Positions 39,447-51,300 of a stretch of 64,000 nt of DNA are shown in pieces. Position numbers and translations under genes: made by a program. How positions within the stretch are numbered: position 1 is the first letter of the stretch; every line of letters begins with the position of its first letter. The DNA comes from Saccostrea cucullata (lineage: Eukaryota): positions 62,001 through 126,000 of the forward strand of contig NW_026919036.1 of assembly GCF_032062105.1 (NCBI RefSeq), in the 5' to 3' direction. A model generated the notes under the pieces. The model saw only the letters and a program-made list of their open reading frames with translations. It was not told the DNA's origin and did no database searches.

Positions 39447-41397
39447 ACACATTACTATAGTATATATATTAAAGTTTTAAAATAATTATATAATCGTTTT
39501 AAATAACAACCATAAAATTATATGTAATGACCAACCAGTACATTCACTTCACTACTGGAAGTTCCACAGAATAGTAATATTTAATCCTTTAACTGGTTGT
39601 CTGGAACATAGAAATTAATATAAACAACTATTTTTACCCCTGTAGATTATTAGTTTGACCAAATTGCAAAAACAAAACATAAAAGAACCTATGTGTGTAC
39701 ATATATGTCAATCACAATTTTTAAACTCCTTTATTTCAAAGTTCCAAAATGATTAACGAAACGTCGAATTCATATCAAAGTATCAACTTTAAAGAAAATT
39801 AAGCATCGTAGATTCAAACTATTTTATAGGTCGTAAAAGCAGCTAAAATCATAAATATTTTGTAATTTGATTGTTTGTTTCAATTTGATAAACATGGGCG
39901 ACAAATCAAGTCTTCATAAAGAAGTGGTTTGAAATTCGAGGACTTTTCTGACTGTGGGTGAGGGAGAGCTCAGACAAGATTATAACACGTTGTTATTTAC
40001 ATGCCTCTGGGTGGTAGCGATATACGGGCCCTCCCGCTGTGGTCATTCGAGTCCCATGGGACGCTAAAATGCTTCATGGTTAGTTCTCCCATTCCGATTT
40101 TCTTTTTTAAAAAGTATTTCAGGAAATGAAACGTGTTTCTTCATATTCCATTGGCTTGAGATGGGAATATTTTTCATCATATTTTCAAACTTCGGATGGA
40201 AATAAAGTAATAGAATCGGAAAATATCACTCGCCTTTTCCACGTTAACGCGGTTATTAAAGAATAATTATTGGCTAAGATTCAAGGTACCACTATAGAAT
40301 CACTACAGCTGATCAGTTTGAACCTTTCAGATTTTTCCCTTCCAGATAAGATGTGTTTTATGAAGATTCTGCGATTCCATGTGTTTTCGTTTAATTGTTT
40401 CTTTGACGTTTTGTCTACGTAAATTGATTGTAAAAATAAACATTATGGGTTATGTGCTGTCAATAAATTTCACCAAGAATGACAAACCTCAGAGTTCATT
40501 TTCGTAATGCAATAAAAATTTCACCTTGAAAATTATTTTCTTTAAAATTGCTTATATTTATTTGATTTTTTAAAATTGTTTGAAAACTGACTGAATTTAT
40601 CCATGAAGTAAAAGTTGTATTAGCTGCAGGTCTTTAGGTCAAAACTGGATGGACGACTCATCCCAATTTTTTCAGACCAGCGAGCTACAGATCCGCAGTG
40701 AATGTTGTATAAATGAAAGTCAGGAGAAAGTCACAATATATATAACCATAAAATTAACAAACGTGTTGTTAACATATTTTCCAGCGGATGTTCCATGGAA
40801 TGCCCTCGCATGTCAGTTTTGTCGTGGGAGTAGCGGAGTGCGGTAATTAACAAACCCAGGCATGCTGCCGATGTCTTGTTCTGACGAAAACAAGTGTGCC
40901 CGATTCTAAGAAACTTGCCATCTGTTTTAGATATACATGTATACTATTAACCAAAACTCTAAGCAAATACAACAACGACGGCGCTTAGGAGCTTATTTTT
41001 ACATTCCGCCAAATATACACGAGTGATGTCTATAGCATGAATGAATTAGCTTCGCCCGGATACACGTGTACAGCATGCATATGAATATAGGCACTTATTT
41101 TATTGAATTATTAAATAATTCTAAATAAAATAGTATGCAATTTAAAGAATATTTTATTTGATATAATATACTGCAGTGAGTTGATACACACGCATTTTCG
41201 GATATACTTTAATGTCCATTAATGCAAGAATAAGAATATTTGTGCAGTGCTTCACGAGAATCCTAAAATTTTACCAATGCTTTGAGGCGGAGATAGGCAT
41301 TCCTCTTGACTGTGTATCTCTACAAATGCATGCATATATGAGACGAACTATAACAAAACTTCAGGTATTCAACTATTGGAGGGGGTGTGGGGGGGGG

Positions 41398-41764
41398 GGT
41401 GTTCCAACTTCTTTCACGACCAAATTTTATTCTATGATTACGACATTACTCTTATTACTCTTATTTGAACATGTTGCTACTAAAAAAGGGGATGGGGGCA
41501 ATCATCCTTTTAATAAACATTTTCAGTAGTAAACAGTCATTGTTGGAAAAGTTTTACTTGAAACACATTTAAACTGGGGGCGGGGGCAGGGGTGTTCCGA
41601 CTTCTTTCACGACCAAATTTTATTCTAACATTACGCCATTACTCTTCATTTGACCATGTTGCTACTAAAAAAAACGGGGGGGGGGGCAATCATCCTTTTA
41701 ATAAACATTTTCAGTGGTAAACAGTCATTGTTGGAAAAGTTTTACTTGAAACACATTTAAACTG
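41398..41764. repeat. Tandem duplication, ~190-bp unit x2
   Basis: GTGTTCC-ACTTCTTTCACGACCAAATTTTATTCTA...GAAACACATTTAAACTG repeated at ~41399 and ~41593. Confidence 0.85.
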
Positions 41765-43739
41765 TCAAAGTAGATTCCAGCCACACAGACGTCTGTACAA
41801 TATGCTTCTCGTCCATAAACCCCTCCCCGCTGTTTCTGATTTCCCCAACACAATACCAGACCACGCGCGCTGAGCCTGCACGCGCCAATATGACCTTTCA
41901 TCAAGTGAACGTAAATTAATCACAGACGATTTTGCAGAGAAAATCTGCTGATACATGAAGAGTGTGTTCCATAACTAACATTTGCATACATAATTCACAT
42001 ATGTAACTTTCTGTGATGATATCAATTACTAGTAGCAGTAGGTATAATTTGCCGTAATAAGAAATCGTTGGTTTTTCTTCCTCAGAATTTCGCCTCAATT
42101 CAATAGCCAAACTTTGGAAAGATTTAAAAATAACTAAATCAGACCTGAAGACCAGAAACTGAGAGCATACTTGTGTTAAATTGAGTTATATTTAACAAAA
42201 ACGTGCTTAAAACTAGCAGGGTTGTATTATTATTAAATTCACACGTACGATGACAATCTTGTTTCAATATCACAATTATTTCAAAATTTAAAGTGATTTG
42301 AAATTTTGACTTAAGCCTCGGACCTGGAAAAGACTTTTGTTTTTATGAGATACGCTTGGATAATTTCAAGTTGAAACTGTCACATTTTTCTCAAAATTCA
42401 AAATTGGCTCTCTACAGTGCCGACATCGTTTTTAGAAAAAAAAAATTTTTTTACTTACCTTAAAAAGTTAGCAAGCAAAAAAAAAGGAAAACTCGAAAAT
42501 CCTATTTCTTGGGGGGGGGGGGGGGGGGGCTTTTTTCATTGACAACTTCTTTCAGTACCAATTTTTTATACTACATTTTCCTAGTACAACAAAAAGTGGG
42601 AAGGCCAACCAGCCTTTCAATGAACATTTTCAATAGTAAAAGTTAAGTTTTGAAAAAAAAGGGGGCAGCCCTTCGCTCCCCCCCCCCCCCGTTGCTACGT
42701 GCCTGCTCTAAAACTGAATAAGTGATATCCGATAAATAAGTGTACATGTACATAACTTTGATACTTGGTCACAAACCACATAATTTGATCAAAAATGAGA
42801 AAGCAAAACATTGCAGTTCAATGAAGTCTCTACAGATCTTTAAATATATGATGTTTTGTTACTGTAAAGGTTCTAGAAAAAAAATTAACAGTCTACTTTT
42901 GCATTTTACATAATTAAACGATCATACGTGTTGTAATAAGATTTTTATTAAAGAAATTTAAAAAAAAAAAAATTAGCAATGCAACTCTTTTGATGGGTGT
43001 TAAGAAAATTTGTTTGTGGTATGTTAAGTTGAAATCTGTAATTTTAATTTAAATCTTTTTTTCTCAATTACTAATATCCATACATATTTATTTTCCCCTA
43101 CATGCTTATCAATTCTAAAGAATATAGTGGCTTCCGCCCTTTGCAATGAAGGTACACTTTATATAGAAATTCGGGAGTGAATAAGATTTGCCTACATCAA
43201 GCCACATTTCTAAATATTACAAGTTAAAATCCTTTTTTTTAATTTCAAATCAATTTATTTGAATGTCTACAGCCAAAAACGAGGAGTAAATAACCTCTTA
43301 ACGTTGTTCAAATCTTTTTTGCCAAGGATGAAATAGAAGAACGTCGAAATAAAATATTCCTTTAAGAATAATGCAAAATTGAAAGTTCATTGATAACAAT
43401 GTAACGGAAAACAAATATTAAATATAGGCCTAATAAAATATTCCGCTATTTAAATTCTAAATTGTAATGTCGTTATTTATGTAATAAAAATAAAATCCAA
43501 ATACCAAGACGAGGAAAAGTAATCCCATTGAGTTTATAATTAACAATAATTATGTAAGCAGACGATATCCAGACAGATAAGCACACATGTCCCCCCTACA
43601 TCCCCCCACGCAGCGCGATTATTATGCAAAGTTATTAATAGATTCTGGGTTCCATACCGTTATTCGACTCTTGGCATAGAACAGCTGAGCAACCGTATTC
43701 CTTTTGTAGTATCCTCATCTTTCTCTCATAGGAATCTTT

Positions 43740-43884
43740 CTCGTCTTCTGATTGGTTATTGATTGATGCTGCTACGGCTACCTTCCAATCAAATGATCCG
43801 TTGTTTATTTCTGTTTGGAAATTTCGGAGGATATATAAACTGAAGGGTGTAACCGAAGCATTTAGAGCAGCTTCAGATCGTAAG
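43740..43884 (+). promoter_or_regulatory. Probable core promoter and short non-coding first exon of the myosin heavy chain gene
   Basis: ATTGG at ~43751 and CCAAT at ~43785, TATATAAA at 43832-43839, donor GTAAGT at 43879; second UTR donor AAG|GTAAGG at 44222; acceptor TTTTTTTTCAG ending 45251. Confidence 0.6.
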
Positions 43885-44254
43885 TAAATCGGATGTGGGA
43901 TTTTTTTTCTCTCTTGTGTGCCTTTACTCATTCCGTGATCAATAAATCCTAACCTAATATCTCTTGACTTTTATACATTAACCATTTCCCTTCCTTTCCT
44001 TTATACATTCAAACCATCCAAATCTCCAAAATCATTCTATCCTTCACTAGATTTTAATGCATTTTCCCAGTTTTAAGCAATTCACTTTCCACAACCTTTT
44101 ATTCCTTTTAGCCTCCTCCTTAGTTTTACATTTTCCCTAAAGGTTATTTTTTCTGATTTCGGATTACATATTCTGTGAATTTTTAAGTATTTTGTAACAT
44201 CTCTCTCTGGAATAACCCAAGGTAAGGTTGAATATTGAAAGGCGCATACCTATT

Positions 44255-45068
44255 CCATATTTGGTTATCCTCTTTAGGCATAACTTATCAGTGATGGATT
44301 CATACTAGTAGCCTAACTAAAAGTCTAGTTTTAAAATGAACAAAATATTTTGGCCAAGAATCATTGTAAAAGGACACATGCAAGTGGAAGCAACTGCACG
44401 CATTCCTTTGCCATATTTGGAAATACTCTCAGAACTTAGTTAATAAGTAATGGAATCAAATTTACCGTTTGCATATAAGTTCTAGTAATATTTTGTACTG
44501 ATTTTAATAAAAATATTTTTGTAAAAAAAAATTATACAACGTAAGCTAGCTTTTATATCGCAGAAAGATTCGGAAGCAACAGAGTTGTGCAATAGTTGGT
44601 CTCAGCTAAGCGTAATCTAATGAAATTTTGGATGATTTTTTTAAGCATATCATATGCTTGATAGCTTACCAACCATATCGGTTTTGGTGCAAGAGGAGTA
44701 ACTCTAAAAACAAACTCAATGTTTTGTGTTTGAAATGTACTTGAATAATTTTTTTAAAATGATAATAATTATTGATGACTAAAAGATAACTGTTACTTTT
44801 AAAATCATAGTGTTAAGTTGCTGAAATCTCAAGTTATGTTCGTGTTTTGCAAAAAATGCATATTCGTCAGAATAAAACACCCGAACAAATAGTTTATACT
44901 GTTTTTAAGATACGAAAAGGAATAAACTTAGTGTCGAAAAATATTCAAATGATGTTTGATGAAGAGAAATTTTACTTCACGCATGGTTTCTTATAAATTT
45001 ACGGGATTTTTTTTTTCAATCCATACCTAGAATTTTTATCCAAGCACATCTATGCATGCTATTTTTAG
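44255..45068 (+). promoter_or_regulatory. Candidate intronic muscle enhancer (CArG x2, MCAT, E-box x3, MEF2)
   Basis: CCATATTTGG at 44255-44264 and 44411-44420; CACATG 44375, CAAGTG 44381, CAACTG 44391; CATTCCT 44401-44407; CTATTTTTAG 45059-45068. Confidence 0.6.
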
Positions 45069-45380
45069 ATACAGTTTTTTAAATTTATGAAATACATTCC
45101 CATTTTCCTATAAATTATATTTTTAAAAAACAATTCCTTGTTGCTAACAGCGTCAGATTATCAAGCAAAAAAAAAAAAAAAAAAAAAATGAAGGAAACTT
45201 ATCACAATTCTATTCAGTGCCAGCTAGTATTGAAATTCGATTTTTTTTCAGGCTGTTCTGTAACAATTCGGGCTTGTTCTTGAGGCGTCCGGTAAACCAG
45301 ACAGACTCCATCTTTTCGCCAGATTTCGGTTCAACTTTTTATTTATATACAAGCGGAGCTTGTCCACCGAATAAGCAAAC

Positions 45381-48300
45381 ATGGCGTCATTCGATCCCAA
45401 CGATCCGGATATGAAGTACCTGGCTGTCGACAGGAAAGCTCTGATGAAGGAGCAGACTGTCCCATTTGACGGCAAAAAGATGTGCTGGATTCCCGACGAG
45501 AAGGAAGGTTTCTTGGCCGCTGAGATCCAGTCCACCAAAGGAGAGGAGATCACTGTCAAGACCATTGAAAGCCAAGAGGTAAACAAAATAAACAAACAAA
45601 AAAACAAACAACAATAATCATTAAAAAAACAAATTCCTTGGTTTAAAAACGAAAAAAGCTTAATGATTTTCAATTGAATTATCAAAAATTTTCGGAGAAT
45701 ATCGAGCAAAGACTGTTTTAGACCATAATATTAACTTGAAAAAGTCTAAACCTTTGTGTAACTTTTGTTCCAATATTGTCATTAGACCAGGACAGTGAAG
45801 AAGGATGACATTCAGCAAATGAATCCACCCAAATACGAGAAAATTGACGACATGGCCAACATGACCTACCTGAACGAAGCCTCTGTGTTGCACAACTTGA
45901 GATCCCGTTACAAGTCTATGTTGATCTACGTAAGTCTCATAAAACATGTAAAAATCGCTCATAATATCCATTTCACATAATTTGTTTATTTTGTATATAT
46001 ATTTTAAATATTTTGTTTTTTCTTGTTATTAGACCTATTCCGGACTTTTCTGCGTTGCCGTCAACCCCTATAAGCGCCTCCCCATCTACGGCCAGGCCCT
46101 GGTCGACAAATACAGGGGTAAGAGGAAGACTGAAATGCCTCCCCATTTGTATTCCGTGGCTGACAACGCTTACCAATTCATGGTACAAGATCGTGAGAAT
46201 CAGTCCATGTTGATTACGTAAGTTTGCCTTCTTTTTTTTTTTTTTTTTTTTAGAAAAATCATTTTTTAAATTATTTTTTTTTTTAAATCTGCGTCTTGAA
46301 GCTCAAATTGAGATAATGGATTTTCTAATTTAATTCTCAGTGGTGAGTCTGGAGCCGGAAAAACTGAAAACACCAAAAAGGTCATTCAGTATTTCGCCCT
46401 CGTGGCAGCTGGTCAGTCCAAAAAGGATGATCCAGAGGAAAAGCCAAAGGACGACAAGAAGGTAGCGAAAATGTTTCCTCTTAAAATATTCCTTCAATAT
46501 AATAATAATTATAACTGTAAAAGTCTTTATCGGTATGATAATGGCATTATATATGTACTTAAATTGCTAATTTATATTTTTTTTTTACTTTTTTCTTTTT
46601 CCCCTCTCCCTTTTCTTCATAAATTTTCCGATTATCCTTCCTTAAATCCTCTCAAACTATTCTGATCGTTTTCTCTCCTAAATTCGCCAAATTTCCTTTC
46701 AATCCTCTTCTCGGTTCCTCCCCTATTTTCTTGACCCTCCAAACAACAGGGAACCCTAGAGGACCAGATCGTGCAGGCTAACCCAGTACTTGAGGCTTAC
46801 GGAAACGCCAAGACTGTCCGTAACAACAACTCCTCACGTTTTGTAAGTTTATTTTTAAATCCGTTATCATCCACACTTTGTGCTGAATTTATCTTTCATT
46901 AAACCTAAACCATAAAACAACTCAACCCATATTTTTTTTATTTTGATTTTTGGACTTAAAATGATGTCATTTTCCCGATATTTTAAAAATGAACGAATTT
47001 ATCACCTACCTCAGTGCATGGTTAATGGTTTACGTATTTGCCCTCCTTGATGTTCCAAAAAAAGACTTAGGAGATACAAAACCTGTAATAAAATTTACAC
47101 CTTTTTTATTTTTAATTCCAAAATAATGTCATGGTTTTTGATGTGAAAATAACCTTGCATGTATTTTACCTTTTTGGAATATTCGTTTAACCATAAACGA
47201 ATAATACAGCACTGACAAACTTTGATCCACCGGTGTGTTTTTAACAAATTCCTACTCTCCCTCGTCACTAGGATAATCTGGATCCTCAGATATCCGCCCA
47301 CCTTCCTAAGCCGCTCCCCCATCCTCACTCCCTCCTGATTTTGTCTCCTCTCATTTTGAGGATGCAGTGAACTGTAAGTAAGAAAGTTTTCCTCATTGTC
47401 AATCAGTTTTAGTTTCAATTTAGCTAAGTATTTAATATATTTATTACGTTTTTAAAATAAATTTTTATGGTTAGAAAATACAGTTTTTACACGACTGTAC
47501 TTTCATTTTAATGATTTTCACTTAGCCTTTTTCTTTCGTAAACAGGGAAAATTCGTCCGTATCCACTTCGGTCCCACAGGAAAAATTGCAGGAGCCGACA
47601 TTGAAACCTGTAAGTTTATATTTTATTTGTTAGTTTAAAATCATTTTTAAATCCTTATTGAAATTTTAGTTATTAAAAATACATGTTTAAATACATAGAC
47701 CTGCTGGAGAAATCTCGTGTCACTTACCAACAAACTGTTGAGAGAAACTACCACATCTTCTACCAGCTCCTGTCTAACGCCATTCCAGAGCTCAATGGTA
47801 GGTGTCTTCTTCAATGTTTATGAAACTTATTTTTTCCACTTTTAAATGATAACTCTATAAAGTCATAAATAAATCGTACCAGAATATTTTTTACTCCGTA
47901 TTACATGCAGCATTACACTACCGGTAGTTACTCATCATCACCAAAATGGAGAGGACATAAAAAGGTGGTCGTGAAATTTGCTGTCTAATCCGTCAATGGT
48001 ATAAAAAATATAATATGTTATCGTCTCATTCACGTCATATAAATCAAGTAATGGCATTCTGCTTACAGAACTTTTATTGGTTTCTCCTGATCCGGCCCTC
48101 TACAGCTTTATCAATCAGGGTGCACTCACTGTCGATGGCATTAATGATGTAGAGGAAATGAAAATGATGGACGTACGTTGTAATAAGCCCATTCCCGTCT
48201 TGAATACTCTTTTCTTCTTTCAATATAGAAACCTGGTTCCAAAAGAAATCTCTCTACTCTGAATCTCTCTACTCTGAAGAGATTTAAAAATCCCACCAAA

Positions 48301-51300
48301 ACCTTGACCACTTGACAATGTCGAACTAATAAAATTTTCTTTCAGTCAATCAATCCCTGCTCCCGAACCCAATTTTCTTTTAAAAAGAATTCCATAACCT
48401 TTTTCCCGGACTCGATCTCTTTACATTCTTAAAAATAATATAACATATCAAACTAATAGTTTCTTTTTTCAGAAAATGCAGCCAAATTTCTTGAATCTCG
48501 AAATCCATACCGAAACCCTAACCTAAAACTACTCCAACGAATCTATCTTCTTTCACTCATATACTAGTATTCTCTTTCAGCTGGCAGTTCTTGTCCAAAA
48601 AGTTGAAAACTCTGACAAATACCTCCGAACTTTCTCATATTTTTTTTATAATAACATACTCCAAAACACCCCCTACCGCATATTTCACGAATTTCTAAGA
48701 CTTGTCACTCACGATTTTCCAAACGTCCCCTATTTCCCCCACCTAAAACAATTCTGTTTCAGTTTTCCATTCAGACTATTCGATACTGCATTCCAACTTA
48801 TATTTCAATATGTCATTTAATACTGATCTCTCATGGGATATTCTCCCAGATCAAACGGTGTATGTCATATCCTTTCATCCTTATCCCACCTTAACTCTTT
48901 TTAGAACCTCTACTGGTTTCCCCCGATCCCGCTCTCTATTCCTTTATCAACCAAGGTGCTTTGACGGTTGATGGTATTGATGATGTTGAAGAAATGAAAA
49001 TGGTCGATGTATGTATATTTGAAACAACAACAACAACAAAATCAATCTTTGTATTTTGATTCAATGTAATTTTTATCTTCGCGTATGAGTATGTGTTGAC
49101 TTCCATTTTATAAATGCGCGATTATGTATCATTTAGGAAGCTTTTGACGTTCTTGGTTTCACCACTGAAGAGAAACACAGTATGTACAAGTGCACAGCCT
49201 CCATCATGCATATGGGTGAAATGACCTTCAAGCAGAAGGGTGAACAGGCTGAAGTCGATGGAACTGCTGGTATGCTTTTTTTTCAACAACCGTACTACAA
49301 ATTCACGGTATTCATCCAGGAAAGAAACGTAAACAAAACCTATCTCATGATTATTCTCGTTTTATAGAACCTGAAAAGGTTGCTTTCTTGCTGGGTATCA
49401 ACGCTGGAGACTTCTTGAAATGCTTGCTCAAACCCAAAGTCAAGGTCGGAACCGAGTTTGTCTACAAAGGTCAGAACAAAGAGCAAGTTACCAACTCCAT
49501 CGGTGCCTTGGCTAAGTCTTTGTACGATCGTATGTTCCAATGGCTGGTCAAGAGAGTCAACAAAACTTTGGACACCAAAGCCAAGAGAAACTACTACATC
49601 GGTGTATTGGATATTGCTGGTTTCGAAATTTTTGAGGTAAGATATTATGAAAACAATGTGTATTCAAAGACAAAAAAACGTCATTGTATACTAGTATTGT
49701 ACAAGCACGTGCATTATCTTTTTCATATGATCCATATTTCTTTTACAGTTCAACAGCTTTGAGCAGCTGTGTATCAACTATACCAATGAAAGACTTCAAC
49801 AGTTTTTCAACCACCACATGTTTGTCCTGGAGCAGGAAGAGTACAAGAAGGAAGGTATCCAATGGGAGTTCATTGACTTCGGTATGGACTTGGCAGCCTG
49901 TATCGAGCTCATTGAGAAGGTAGCGTATCAAAGATGTAGTTTGTAAACTAAAATATTACATACTGGTTTGTCAAGTTTTAGAATTAAGACGAAAAATTAA
50001 CATTATTTTTCAGCCTATGGGTATCCTGTCCATCCTTGAAGAGGAATGCATGTTCCCCAAGGCTGACGACAAGTCATTCAAGGACAAGCTGTACCAAAAT
50101 CACATGGGCAAATCCCCCAACTTTGGAAAACCAGGAAAGGCTCCTAGGCCTGGCGTTCCCGCTCCTGACTTCTCCTTGGGCCACTACGCTGGCTCTGTTG
50201 GTTATAACATCAGCAATTGGTTAGAGAAGAACAAGGATCCAATCAACGAGAACGTCGTTGCCTTGCTGTCCGAGTCTAAGGAACACCTTGTAAAGGAACT
50301 CTTCCAAGCTCCTGAACCAGAAGCCGGCGGTGGAAAGAAGAAGAAGAAGTCCTCTGCTTTCCAGACCATCTCAGCTGTCCACAGGGTATTAATGCACTCA
50401 TTTTATCCTCATTCACTTTTTTATATTTTCAGCTTTTGTTTAGAATACCTTTCTTTAGAGTTAAATGGCGATTAATTGACCTTTAAACATATTTGTTTGC
50501 AGGAGTCTCTGAACAAACTGATGAAGAACTTGTACAGCACTCATCCTCACTTCGTGCGTTGTATCATTCCCAACGAAATGAAACAGTCTGGAATGATTGA
50601 TGCCGCTCTTGTACTCAATCAGCTCCAATGTAACGGTGTACTTGAGGGTATCAGAATCTGTCGTAAGGGATTCCCCAGCAGAGTCATCTACTCTGAATTC
50701 AAACAGAGGTAATTGATTTGCCTATATTGAAAAGAATTATAATTGCCTCATGCAGACTTATTATTGAAACTGTTCAAAATTTTGTTTTACAGATACTCCA
50801 TCTTGGCCCCTAATGCCATTCCACAAGGCTTTGTTGATGGCAAAGTTGTGTCTGAAAAGGTTCTGCTTGCTCTGCAGCTTGACCCTGCAGAGTACCGTCT
50901 TGGTAATACCAAGGTATTCTTCAAGGCTGGTGTACTTGGTATGCTTGAGGAAATGCGTGATGAACGTCTTTCTGCCATTCTCTCAGGATTCCAGGCTCAT
51001 ATCAGAGGTTATCTGATGCGCAAACAATACAAGAAATTGCAGGACCAAAGGTAATTTTTACCCTATGTAATCGTTTATAAAATCGTTCGGTTTAACGCAA
51101 ATTTTAAATAATTTTCTCATTGATAATCATACTAGAAAATGAAATACTTTAAATTTTTCAGAACTGCTCTTGCTATGATCCAGAGGAACATCCGTAAATG
51201 GCTTGTCTTGAGAAACTGGCAATGGTGGAAACTGTACGCCAAGGTTAAGCCCATGTTGAATGTTGCCCGTGCTGAGGAAGAGATGAAGAAGAAATTGGAA

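Noticed and set aside
48775-48859. Possible third variant of the 104-nt Mhc alternative exon (AG...GTATGT)
   Set aside because: 85 nt, wrong length and phase, no convincing similarity to the two real variants
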